From Alphaproteobacteria bacterium (lineage in GTDB: Bacteria; Pseudomonadota; Alphaproteobacteria; ATCC43930; Allostellaceae): DNA of 64,000 nucleotides. The notes under the pieces are model-generated. The model made no database searches. It saw only the letters and a list, made by a program, of their open reading frames with translations, and had not been told where the DNA came from. Of this stretch, positions 44,604 to 53,334 are shown one piece after another. Position 1 is the stretch's first letter; each line of letters begins with the position of its first letter. The position numbers were made by a program, and so were the translations under genes. Location of the stretch: the NCBI GenBank assembly GCA_020852355.1, contig JADZBA010000319.1, positions 10,513 to 74,512 of the forward strand, in the 5' to 3' direction.

Positions 44604-45422
44604 TCAGCGCGCCCGCGCGTAGCTGTCTTCGAGCGCCTTGTAGCCTTCGGTCAGCCAGGGGCGCTCGACCGTGTCGGTCCGCTGCACGGGCACGGTCTGG
44701 AACTCGTTCGCCCAGGCGCGGCGCAGCCGGTCGGTCCGGTTCGGGCCGGCATAATGCCAGGTGCGGGCGTGGTGGAACGTCATCCCGCCCGCCTCCAGCG
44801 GCACCGGCACGCCCTTCGACACGTCCGGCGCGTCGCGGAACTGGAGCACGTGGATATAGGGATCGTCGTTCTTGTGCTTGTGCGGCAGCACCTCGGACTC
44901 ATGCGAGCCCGGCACGAACCACAGGCAGCCATTGTCGGTGTCGACCTTGTCGACCGCCAGCCACGAGCCGAGCGCGTTGTAGGTTTTGGTCATGTCCCAA
45001 TAGGCTTCGTCCTGGTGCCAGGGCGTGACCTCCGGGCTGAGGCGGCCCTTGAAGATCAGATGCCCCCAGCTCGACACGTCGTCCAACGGAACGTCCAGCA
45101 GCTTCGCCGAGATCTGCCGCGCATTCTTCCACATGCGCGTCTCGAGGATTTGCGGCGCCTGGGCCTCCGGCCGCAGCAACTGCCCCAGCTTCGGCGTGTC
45201 GGTGGTGCCGTAGCGATTCGCCAGGTCGAAGATGCCGTTCAGCAGCCCGGTCGGCTTCGCGCCGAGCAGGATGTCATAGGTTTCGCGCAGCCAGGCGAGT
45301 TCGGCGTCGTCCATGATGCGCTCGACGGCGAGGTAGCCGTTCTCGCGGTAGAAGGCGATTTCCTCGGGCCCGATATCGACCTCGAAATCGGATTCCGGCA
45401 GCGGCGGGATGGACATGGGCAT
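44604..45422 (-). CDS. Phytanoyl-CoA dioxygenase (PhyH) family Fe(II)/2-oxoglutarate oxygenase, copy 2
   Basis: 272 aa. HxD motif WHQDEAYW, distal His in FHHARTWHYAG, and N-terminal FYRENGYLAVERI typical of the family. Confidence 0.82.
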   Translation of the reverse strand: MPMSIPPLPESDFEVDIGPEEIAFYRENGYLAVERIMDDAELAWLRETYDILLGAKPTGLLNGIFDLANRYGTTDTPKLGQLLRPEAQAPQILETRMWKNARQISAKLLDVPLDDVSSWGHLIFKGRLSPEVTPWHQDEAYWDMTKTYNALGSWLAVDKVDTDNGCLWFVPGSHESEVLPHKHKNDDPYIHVLQFRDAPDVSKGVPVPLEAGGMTFHHARTWHYAGPNRTDRLRRAWANEFQTVPVQRTDTVERPWLTEGYKALEDSYARAR

Positions 45423-45436
45423 TCCTCGGATCGGCT

Positions 45437-45452
45437 ATCTAACATGTTAGAT
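45437..45452. promoter_or_regulatory. Perfect 16-bp palindrome ATCTAACATGTTAGAT
   Basis: Lies 15 nt upstream of the PhyH copy 2 start codon (45422). A one-mismatch 12-bp core, CTAACATGCTAG, recurs at 51092-51103. Confidence 0.5.
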
Positions 45453-45526
45453 TGTTTCCGCTACCGCGGCAACGGCTCGCAAGGCGGCGGAAGCCCCACC
45501 GCCATCGCGCGGCAAATATTCCAGCG

Positions 45527-46387
45527 TCACAGCCTGCCTTGGGCGAACAGGTCCAGCGGATCGGCCAGGTCCACCGCGCCCAGATAGCCGAGCCCCATGC
45601 TGAGCCCGTCATGCGCGGCATAGCCGAGCAGCGTCTGGGCCAGCGGGCTCAGCCGGCGCACGCGGTCGAGCGTCAGCGAGAGGTAGTTGTTCTCCTCGGT
45701 CCGCAGCCAGCCCAGGCAATAGCTCACATGCATGCCGCGCCGCCGGCGATCCCGGCTGACATTTGCCCCGCCCGCATGCAGCGTCGAGCCGAGATAGATC
45801 ACCGCCGCACCGGGCGGCATCTCGGCGGCGATCACCTCGTCCGGCCGCGCCCGCCGCCCAGGCTCCCATATGTGGCTTCCCGGCACGATCAGCGTCGCGC
45901 CGATCTCGGCGGTGAATTCGTTGAGGGCGATCACCGAGGCGAATTGGCGGTGGGGATGCTGCGGCCCGATGTCCGGCCACACGACCTGGTCGCGGTGGAG
46001 GATCTGCGCCGTCGCGCCCGGGCAGCGCTCCAGCACATGCGCGACGTTGAGCTGCATGTTCTGGCAGCTCTTCTTCAGCACCCGGTCGCCGATCGCGACG
46101 AACACCGGATGGCACAGCACCTCGTCGATGAAGCTGTCCGACTTCTGCGCCACCGCCAGCACATGGCGCATATGGGGCCCGTAGAACGCGGCGTAGCCGT
46201 CGTTCACATAGCCCTGGTCCTTGGTCTCGGCCTCCTCGAGATGCGGCTCCAGCTCGGCATTGAAGCGCCGCAGCACCGCCTCCGAAAGGAACCCTTCCAC
46301 GATCACCGCGCCGTCCGCCAGCAGGGCGCCGACGATCGCCTCGGCGGGTTCCGAAGCCGGGATGCGTGACAGGACGGGTCTGGTCAT
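45527..46387 (-). CDS. Phytanoyl-CoA dioxygenase (PhyH) family Fe(II)/2-oxoglutarate oxygenase, copy 3
   Basis: 286 aa. HxD motif LHRDQ, distal His in STLHAGGAN, and N-terminal ALLADGAVIVEGFLS. Confidence 0.78.
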   Translation of the reverse strand: MTRPVLSRIPASEPAEAIVGALLADGAVIVEGFLSEAVLRRFNAELEPHLEEAETKDQGYVNDGYAAFYGPHMRHVLAVAQKSDSFIDEVLCHPVFVAIGDRVLKKSCQNMQLNVAHVLERCPGATAQILHRDQVVWPDIGPQHPHRQFASVIALNEFTAEIGATLIVPGSHIWEPGRRARPDEVIAAEMPPGAAVIYLGSTLHAGGANVSRDRRRRGMHVSYCLGWLRTEENNYLSLTLDRVRRLSPLAQTLLGYAAHDGLSMGLGYLGAVDLADPLDLFAQGRL

Positions 46388-46396
46388 GGCTCGTTC

Positions 46397-46420
46397 TTAA
46401 TACACGAAACAGTGCATTAA
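46397..46420. promoter_or_regulatory. Inverted repeat TTAATACACGAAACAGTGCATTAA (TetR-type operator family, copy 1)
   Basis: Lies 10 nt upstream of the PhyH copy 3 start, in the divergent region toward the TetR gene at 46494. It aligns with 48590-48613 and 51067-51090. Confidence 0.55.
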
Positions 46421-46493
46421 TGAACCGCTGGCCGCGCCTGTCAATCGCAGCGCGCGGTGGCCGCGCCGCCCGAACGCGATATAACGAGGCCGC

Positions 46494-47069
46494 ATGGAGA
46501 GTTCGCGCGTGATGCTGCGCCCCGGCGGGCGCACGGAGAGCAACCGCAAGGCCGTCGCCGACGCGGTGCTGACGCTCGTCACCTCGGGCAATGTGATGTT
46601 CGAGGCGCAGGACATCGCCGATCTCGCCGGCGTCCACCGCACCACCGTGCGCCGCCGCTGGCCGACACGCGAGGCGCTGCTGGCGCTGGCGATGGAGGAA
46701 CACACCGCCCGCTTCACCGTCGACCTCACGGGCGACTGGAAGACCGTCCTCCGCCGCATCGCCTTCGGCCTGCGCGATTTCATGGACGATCCCGTCGAGG
46801 ACGCGCTCAACCGTGTCGTCGCCGTCTCGGCCAGTCCGCAATTCACCGACCTCGTGAAGCGCCAGTGGGACCGCCTGATCGAGGCCTTCGCCCAGCCCCT
46901 GCTGGCCGCGCAGAAGAAGGGCCGCATCGCCGCCTCGGCCGACATCGCGCTGGCGCTGTTCGCCATCGCCTCCAGCGTGCTGACGCAGAAGGTCTATGCC
47001 GGCCGCCCGATGAGCGACGCCCGCCTCGAACGGCTGGTGCGCCAGACCGTACGGGCGCTTACGCCCTGA
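46494..47069 (+). CDS. TetR-family transcriptional regulator
   Basis: 191 aa. The HTH-like region FEAQDIADLAGVHRTTVRRRWPTREAL is followed by a helical C-terminal domain. Its 3' end overlaps the convergent transporter gene by 11 nt. Confidence 0.8.
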   Translation: MESSRVMLRPGGRTESNRKAVADAVLTLVTSGNVMFEAQDIADLAGVHRTTVRRRWPTREALLALAMEEHTARFTVDLTGDWKTVLRRIAFGLRDFMDDPVEDALNRVVAVSASPQFTDLVKRQWDRLIEAFAQPLLAAQKKGRIAASADIALALFAIASSVLTQKVYAGRPMSDARLERLVRQTVRALTP

Positions 47070-48561
47070 CCCCGCCGGCCGCGGCCGCTTCGGCCCGCGC
47101 CGCCAGCTCCGCCTGTATCCGCGCCAGCTCCTTGCGGTCGATGCGATAGCGCCTGAGCAGGATCACCCCGCCGATGCCGAGCAGCCCGGCGACCGGCCCC
47201 TGCACGATGCCGATGGCGTCCAGCGTCGCCGGCGCGATCGCCGCCAGGTCGGCATTGGCGAGGTCGCTCGGGAAGCCGATGATGTCGAGCGACAGGCCAG
47301 CGAGCAGGCCGCCGATGCCCGTCGCCGCCTTGATCGACACCGTCAGCCCGGCGAAATAGACGCCCTCGCGCCGCGACCCGAACAGCAATTCGTGCTCGTC
47401 CACCGCGTCGCTCATCATCGACCCCCACGCCACGAAGGCGCAGGTCCCGGCCATGCCGCCCGCGAAGGCGATGGCGCCGAGGATGATGTGCAGCGCCGTG
47501 CCGGTCGGCAGCACGCCCAGGATCGCCAGCGGCGCCGCCACGAACTGGACGCCGCAGGTCGCGAAGAGCCCGATCAGCGCCACCTCGCGCTTCTCGAAGC
47601 GATGCGTCAGATAGGCCGAGAGCGGCAGCCCGGCGACGAAGCCGGCGATGTTCACCAGCGGCAGGGTGGCGACCACTTCGTCGGGCAGCTTCCAGAAATA
47701 GAGATTGGCGTGGACGCCCAGCGTCGCCGCGAGCCCCGCCGAGGTCCAGAACAGCAGGGTCGAGAGGAACAGGCTGAGGAACGAGCGCGCCTGGAACACC
47801 TCGGTCAGCTCGCGCACCAGTTGGCGCAGGCCGAACTGTGTCGGGACGTTCAGCCGGCGCAGTTGCGGCAGTTGCGGCAGCGCCCCGAAGGCCGAGATCA
47901 GCGAGGCGGCCAGGGCGACCGCCGCGATGGTCCAGCCGAACGCCGCATAGGCGCCGCGGTCCAGCAGCCCCTCGTGGCCGCGCATGAACACCCAATAGCC
48001 CAGCACCAGCAGGATGATGTTGCCCACGCAGTTGAAGAAGGTGCGATAGGCGAACACGAACGAGCGCTCGGTGTAGTCGTCGCTGAGTTCGGCGCTCAGC
48101 GAGGCATAGGGCAGGAAGAAGAACGAGGTCGCGAGGCGCAGGGCCAGCAGCACGACGCCGGCATAGAGCGCCAGCATCCAGCCCGGCGGGAAGGCGGGGA
48201 TCGAGAAGATCAGGCCGAAGGCGAGCGCCGTCGGCAGGCCGGAGGCGAACATATAGGGCAGCCGCCGCCCGAGGCGCGCATTGGTGTTGTCGCTGATCGA
48301 GCCGACGAAGGGATCGGCGACGCCGTCGATCACCGTCGAGAGCACGAGGATGGTCCCCGCCGTCGCCCCCGACATGCCGCACACCGCGGTGAGGTAGTAG
48401 AACAGGAAGATCGCGACGCCGTAGGTGACGGTGCCGTCGACGATGTCGCCGATCGAGAACAGCGTCTTGACCCGCAGCGGCAGCCGCCCCCGGGTGGCCT
48501 GTGCGTCGGGCGGTAGGGGCAGGGCGCCGGCCGCGTCGGCCGGGTGCGCAGTCGACGACAC
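47059..48561 (-). CDS. MFS-type transporter of the glycoside-pentoside-hexuronide (GPH):cation symporter family
   Basis: 500 aa. GPH-like N-terminus (KTLFSIGDIVDGTVTYGVAIFLFYYLT...VIDGVADPFVGSISDNTNARLGRRLPYM). Polytopic throughout. Confidence 0.8.
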   Translation of the reverse strand: MSSTAHPADAAGALPLPPDAQATRGRLPLRVKTLFSIGDIVDGTVTYGVAIFLFYYLTAVCGMSGATAGTILVLSTVIDGVADPFVGSISDNTNARLGRRLPYMFASGLPTALAFGLIFSIPAFPPGWMLALYAGVVLLALRLATSFFFLPYASLSAELSDDYTERSFVFAYRTFFNCVGNIILLVLGYWVFMRGHEGLLDRGAYAAFGWTIAAVALAASLISAFGALPQLPQLRRLNVPTQFGLRQLVRELTEVFQARSFLSLFLSTLLFWTSAGLAATLGVHANLYFWKLPDEVVATLPLVNIAGFVAGLPLSAYLTHRFEKREVALIGLFATCGVQFVAAPLAILGVLPTGTALHIILGAIAFAGGMAGTCAFVAWGSMMSDAVDEHELLFGSRREGVYFAGLTVSIKAATGIGGLLAGLSLDIIGFPSDLANADLAAIAPATLDAIGIVQGPVAGLLGIGGVILLRRYRIDRKELARIQAELAARAEAAAAGGVRA

Positions 48562-48589
48562 GGATTTCGCTCCGCCAGGGTCCGGGGTA

Positions 48590-48613
48590 TTAACGCACGA
48601 TGCGGTGCATTAA
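48590..48613. promoter_or_regulatory. Inverted repeat TTAACGCACGATGCGGTGCATTAA (TetR-type operator family, copy 2)
   Basis: Lies 29 nt upstream of the GPH transporter start codon (48561). Confidence 0.5.
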
Positions 48614-48732
48614 GCGCAGGCGGCGCGGCGCCGTCAACGCCTTGGGGCCTGCGCCTGGGAAAAATGGCCCCGCCGGTGAGGGCGGAGCCAGGTGCGGGGA
48701 CGAAACTTCGAAATGCGCCTTGGCGCGATCCG

Positions 48733-51048
48733 TCAGAAGCTGTGCGTCACGCGCAGGCCGAAGAGCCGGCGCGGGCCGCCATAGACGATGCCGTTGATGT
48801 GCACCACGGGGATCGTGGCGGACGGCGCGGCCGCCTCCACGTTCTGCTTGGCGCCGGCATATTTCTCGTCGGTCAGGTTGGTGCCCCACAGTTCGAGCGC
48901 CCAGGGTCCGTTCTCGTAGCGGATATTGCCGTTCAGCAGCGTCACCGATTCCAGTTCCGTCGCCTTGTTCTGGAACAGGCGCGCATAGGACTTGCCGCGA
49001 TAGCCGATGTCGAGACGCGGGGTCAGCGTCGCGCCGTCTTCGCCGCCGCTCATGTGGAAGGTGTATTCGGCGCCGAGATTGGCGGTCCATTCCGGCGCGA
49101 ACGGGGTGCGCGCGCCGTCAAGGTCAAAGAAGTCCGGACCGCCGTAGAAGGCCTGGAACTCGTTCGCGACGCGCCCGAAATTGCCCAGCTCGCTCTTCGA
49201 ATAGGCAAGGCCGCCGTCGATCCCGAAATCGCCGAAACGGCCCTGGAAGCCGAACTCCACGCCGTAGATGATGCTGTCGGTCTTGGCGTTCTGGAGAATG
49301 GTCGTCGTCAGGCTGGCCGGCACGCCCGGCGCCTCCAGCCCGAAGTCGGCCTGGTAGTTCTTGAACACCTGGTAATAGACGTTGAGCTGCGTGCGCAGCC
49401 GCCCGTCGGAGAACGCGCCCTTCCAGCCGGCCTCGTAATTGACGACCGACATTTCCTTGTAGTCGAGATGATCTTCGGCGAGGTCCGGTGGGTAGAAGAG
49501 GTTGATCGAGCCCGGCGTGTGGCCGCGCGAGATCACGCCATAGAGGAAGTGGTCGTCGTTGACCTGATAGTTGAGCGCCACCTTCCAGTCCGTCGAATCC
49601 TCCTCGAAGTCCTGCTTGTGGCCGTCGCCGGTGAAGCCGTCCGCGAGCGGGAAGAGGCCCGAACTGGGCGAGCCGACGCCGCCGAGGCCCGTCGGGTCGA
49701 AGGCGAAGTTCGTGAACTGCGTGAACTCATAGTGGTTCCAGCGCGCCCCGACCTCGACCTGCAATTGATCGGTGATCTCGTAGCTGACCTGGCCGAAGAT
49801 CGCATAGCCGGTCTCGTTCTTGCGCCACGGCGTGGTGAAGTCGACCTGGTCTCCGTTATTGGTGTTGAAGCCGAAGGCCAGCGGCGGGATCGAGTTGATG
49901 TAGCGCTGGATGAACACGCCGGTGACCCATTTGAGCCGGCCTTCGTCGGGCGACAGCAGGTTGAATTCCTGCGAGTAGTTGAAGAAGTTGCCGCCGCTGA
50001 CGAAGCCGAAGGCCTGCGGGTCCGAGCCGTTGATGTCCCAGTTGGCGAGCGTGCTCACCGTCTGATAGCCCGACAGCGAGTTGAGCGTGATGCCGTTGTC
50101 GAAGGCATAGCTCAGCTTCAGCGACGCGCGGGCGCCCTTGTCGCGATAGATGTGCCAGCCGTTGACGACCGGCGTACGGATGTCCTCGATCTCGTCGGTG
50201 CCGGCGCGGAAGCCGGTCGTCGCATGCGTGCCGAAATAGAGATAGTCATAGTCGATCTTGAACGTCGCCGTGAAATTGTCCGTCGGCTTCCACAGCATGC
50301 CGAGACGCACGCTCCGCAGGCGGCGGTCGTCGTCGCCGCGGAACGGCCCCGCGCCGTTGCCGAAGGCGCCGGGCAGCGGATTGGTCTCGATGCTGTTGAA
50401 CAGCGAATCGCGGTTCTCGCCGTGGAACGACAGGCGCACGGCGAAGGTGTCCGTGACCGGGATATTGACCACGCCGGTGGTCTCGATGAAGGCGAAGTCG
50501 CCGATGCCGGCCATCAGGCTGCCCGAGATGTCGTCGCCGAGTTCCGGGTCGCGGGTGCGGATGAAGACCGCGCCGGCCGAAGCGCTCTTGCCCGCGTTGA
50601 CGCCCTGCGGGCCGCGCAGCACTTCGATGCTGGCCATGTCGTAATAGGGTGCGTTCTGGAAATAGCCGGTCAGCGTCGGCACGCCGTCGCGGTAGATGGT
50701 GACGCCGGAGGGCAGGTCGACGTCCACCTTGGCCTGGCCGACGCCGCGGATGTTGAACGTGTTGGCCGACGCATAATCGGCGATCTGCACGCCGGGCGCC
50801 GCGAACTGCACCGCCGTCAGGCCGACGATGCCCTTCTTCTCCAGCGTCTTGCCGCTCAGCACGGTGGCCGAGATCGCCGTCTTCTGAAGATTGGTGACCC
50901 GCCGTTCGCCGGTCACGACCACGGTTTCCGCCCCGTTGCCGGCACGCGCCTGCTGGTCGCCGGTGGGCTGTCCCTGCGCCACCGGTAAAATGGCAGCGCT
51001 GCATGCACTCGCCAGCGCCCAAGCCTTTACATGCTGAAAAGCCTTCAT
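48733..51048 (-). CDS. TonB-dependent outer-membrane receptor
   Basis: 771 aa. Signal peptide (AWALASACSAAILPVAQG). TonB-box-like ETVVVTGERR. Beta-barrel composition and C-terminal ...RVTHSF. Confidence 0.9.
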   Translation of the reverse strand: MKAFQHVKAWALASACSAAILPVAQGQPTGDQQARAGNGAETVVVTGERRVTNLQKTAISATVLSGKTLEKKGIVGLTAVQFAAPGVQIADYASANTFNIRGVGQAKVDVDLPSGVTIYRDGVPTLTGYFQNAPYYDMASIEVLRGPQGVNAGKSASAGAVFIRTRDPELGDDISGSLMAGIGDFAFIETTGVVNIPVTDTFAVRLSFHGENRDSLFNSIETNPLPGAFGNGAGPFRGDDDRRLRSVRLGMLWKPTDNFTATFKIDYDYLYFGTHATTGFRAGTDEIEDIRTPVVNGWHIYRDKGARASLKLSYAFDNGITLNSLSGYQTVSTLANWDINGSDPQAFGFVSGGNFFNYSQEFNLLSPDEGRLKWVTGVFIQRYINSIPPLAFGFNTNNGDQVDFTTPWRKNETGYAIFGQVSYEITDQLQVEVGARWNHYEFTQFTNFAFDPTGLGGVGSPSSGLFPLADGFTGDGHKQDFEEDSTDWKVALNYQVNDDHFLYGVISRGHTPGSINLFYPPDLAEDHLDYKEMSVVNYEAGWKGAFSDGRLRTQLNVYYQVFKNYQADFGLEAPGVPASLTTTILQNAKTDSIIYGVEFGFQGRFGDFGIDGGLAYSKSELGNFGRVANEFQAFYGGPDFFDLDGARTPFAPEWTANLGAEYTFHMSGGEDGATLTPRLDIGYRGKSYARLFQNKATELESVTLLNGNIRYENGPWALELWGTNLTDEKYAGAKQNVEAAAPSATIPVVHINGIVYGGPRRLFGLRVTHSF

Positions 51049-51066
51049 TCGCCCCTCCCGCTGTTT

Positions 51067-51103
51067 CTAACGCACGCGTTCGTGCGTTTGACTAACATGC
51101 TAG
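51067..51103. promoter_or_regulatory. Composite regulatory region: inverted repeat CTAACGCACGCGTTCGTGCGTTTG (51067-51090, TetR-type family copy 3) abutting CTAACATGCTAG (51092-51103)
   Basis: Lies 19-55 nt upstream of the TonB-dependent receptor start codon (51048). Confidence 0.45.
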
Positions 51104-51146
51104 CGTGGGGTCGTCTAGCCCGGGTCCCGTATGTTTCCCTGTCGCG

Positions 51147-51779
51147 TCAATCCGCCGCGGCATAGGCGGCGAGAAAAGTCTCGACCGCGCCGCCCACATG
51201 GGCGGCGATTTCCTCCTCGCCGGCCATCGGGCTGACATTCCACAGCCGCCGGTGATGCAGGCCGGACTTGCAGAGGTCGAAGAATTGCTCCGCCGCGCGC
51301 CTGAGATCGCCGGCCCGCAGGTGGCCCTGTTCCACGGCGCGCTCGAAATAGGCCGCCAGCCGCGCGATGCCGCGCTGGAAGCCGCGTTCGTAGAGCGCCC
51401 GGCCGACTTCCGGGAACCGGCCGGACTCCGCCGTCACGAGGCGATAGGTCGCGATCGCCTCCTCGCCCAGCGCGAAGCCCAGGAACCGCCGGCCCAGCCG
51501 GTTGAGCGCCTGGGCGAAATCGCCGCCTTCCAGCTCCACCTCATAGATGAAGGCCATGATCTCTTCGCAGCGCGTCTCGATCACCGCGACGAAGAGATCC
51601 TCCTTCGACGGGAAGTAATTGTAGAGCGTGCCTTTCGAGCCGCCGAGCCGCGCGGCGATCGCCGACATCGAGGTCGCCGCATAGCCGTCCGCCAGGAAGG
51701 CCGCATGGGCGATCTCGATGATGCCGGCGCGACGATCCGTCTCGCGCTTGCGCTCCCGCGTCTTCAAAACTGGTTCCAT
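51147..51779 (-). CDS. TetR/AcrR-family transcriptional regulator
   Basis: 210 aa. HTH region IIEIAHAAFLADGYAATSMSAIAARLGGSKGTLYNYFPSKEDLF. Confidence 0.88.
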   Translation of the reverse strand: MEPVLKTRERKRETDRRAGIIEIAHAAFLADGYAATSMSAIAARLGGSKGTLYNYFPSKEDLFVAVIETRCEEIMAFIYEVELEGGDFAQALNRLGRRFLGFALGEEAIATYRLVTAESGRFPEVGRALYERGFQRGIARLAAYFERAVEQGHLRAGDLRRAAEQFFDLCKSGLHHRRLWNVSPMAGEEEIAAHVGGAVETFLAAYAAAD

Positions 51780-51825
51780 GATGCGCGCTGTGCGTTCTTG
51801 ACCCTGAGGATGCGGTCCCTGTATA

Positions 51826-51840
51826 ACCGTACTGTACGGT
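51826..51840. promoter_or_regulatory. Perfect inverted repeat ACCGTAC-T-GTACGGT; likely operator of the adjacent TetR/AcrR
   Basis: Lies in the 77-bp divergent region between the TetR gene (start 51779) and the efflux operon (start 51857). Confidence 0.55.
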
Positions 51841-51856
51841 CATATCAATTTCATCA

Positions 51857-53323
51857 ATGAAATCAAATAGCGCGCCTGCCGACATCTCTCCGGCTTTGCG
51901 CAAACCCCTCTCCGGCCTTGCCGTGGCGCTGGTCTTGTCGGTCTCCGTCGCGGCCTGCGCGCCCGATCTGGGGCCGAAGCCGGCGCTCCTGTCACCGGCC
52001 GATCTGCACACGGAACGCAGCTTCGCCGCCCCGCAGGCCGACTGGCCGACGACGGCGTGGTGGCGCGCCTATGGCGACCCGGGGCTCGATGCGCTGATCG
52101 GCGAGGCCCTCGCCGGCGCGCCCGACCTGAAGATCGCCGAGGCGCGCATGCGCCAGGCCGAGGCGGCCGCTGAGGCCGCAGGCGCCGCGACGCTGCCCGC
52201 GGTGGACGCCGACGGCTCCGCCCTCGCCACCCGCCAGAGCCTCAACACCGGCTTCCCCGAAGCCTTCAAGGATTTCCTCCCGCGCGGCTATCACAACGAC
52301 GCGCGCGCCACGCTCTCGCTCGCCTATCAGCTCGATTTCTTCGGCAGGAACGCCGCCGCCCTCGCCGCCGCGACCTCCGCCGCCGACGCCGCCCGCGCCG
52401 ATGTCGCCGCCGCCCGCATCCAGCTCTCGACCGCCGTCGCCGCCGCCTATGCCGAATTCGTCCGCCTCGCCGCCGATCGTGCCGCCGCGGCCGATGCCGT
52501 GAAGCTGCGCCGCGCGAGCGCCGGCCTCGTCGCCGACCGCGTCAGCCACGAACTCGAAAACGAAGGCCAGCTCGCCCAGGCCCGCTCCGACGTCGCCGCG
52601 GCCGAGGCCGATCTCGCCGCCGTCGACGGCCGGATCGCCCGTGTCCGCAACCAGCTCGCGGCGCTGCTCGGCAAGGGCCCGGACCGCGGTCTCGACATCG
52701 CCGTGCCGTCGCGCCCGGCCTTGCGCCCCTTCGGCGTGCCGCGGGCGCTCGCCGTCGATCTCCTCGGCCGCCGGCCCGACATCATCGCCGCCCGACTGCG
52801 CGCCGAAGCCGCATCGCAGCGCATCGACGTGGCGCGCGCCGACTTCTATCCCAATGTCGACCTCACCGCCTATATCGGCCTCCAGTCGCTCGGGCTCGGC
52901 GATCTGCTGAAGGCCGATTCGCAGATCGGCCGCATCGGCCCCGCCATCCATCTGCCGATCTTCGACGGCGGCCGCATCGAAGGCGCCTATCGCCAGGCGC
53001 GCGCCGCCTATGACGAGGCCGCCGCGCTCTACGACAGGACGCTCGCCGACGCCCTGCGCGAGGTCGCCGACGCGCTCGCCGACCAGCGCGCGCTGGCAGG
53101 CGAACTGGCGCATGCCCGCGACGCCCGCGCCGCGATCGAAGACGCCCACCGCATCGCCACGGCGCGCTACCGCGCCGGGCTGTCGCGCTATCTCGACGTC
53201 CTCGCCGCCGAGGACAAGCTGGTCGCGGCCCGCCGCCGCGTCGCCGATCTCGAAGCGCAGGCCTTTGCCCTCGACGTCGCGCTGGTGCGCGCGCTCGGCG
53301 GCGGCTTCGCCGAACATTCCTGA
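51857..53323 (+). CDS. Efflux-system outer-membrane factor lipoprotein (NodT family)
   Basis: 488 aa. The lipobox-like LSVSVAAC is followed by the Ala/Leu-rich coiled-coil repeats typical of the OMF family. Confidence 0.85.
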   Translation: MKSNSAPADISPALRKPLSGLAVALVLSVSVAACAPDLGPKPALLSPADLHTERSFAAPQADWPTTAWWRAYGDPGLDALIGEALAGAPDLKIAEARMRQAEAAAEAAGAATLPAVDADGSALATRQSLNTGFPEAFKDFLPRGYHNDARATLSLAYQLDFFGRNAAALAAATSAADAARADVAAARIQLSTAVAAAYAEFVRLAADRAAAADAVKLRRASAGLVADRVSHELENEGQLAQARSDVAAAEADLAAVDGRIARVRNQLAALLGKGPDRGLDIAVPSRPALRPFGVPRALAVDLLGRRPDIIAARLRAEAASQRIDVARADFYPNVDLTAYIGLQSLGLGDLLKADSQIGRIGPAIHLPIFDGGRIEGAYRQARAAYDEAAALYDRTLADALREVADALADQRALAGELAHARDARAAIEDAHRIATARYRAGLSRYLDVLAAEDKLVAARRRVADLEAQAFALDVALVRALGGGFAEHS

Positions 53324-53334
53324 AGGCACCCTCC

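Noticed and set aside
48544-50988. An 814-aa plus-strand ORF
   Set aside because: It is antisense to the second TonB-dependent receptor gene, which has a signal peptide, a plug region, a barrel and a C-terminal Phe. No domain is recognisable in the antisense frame.
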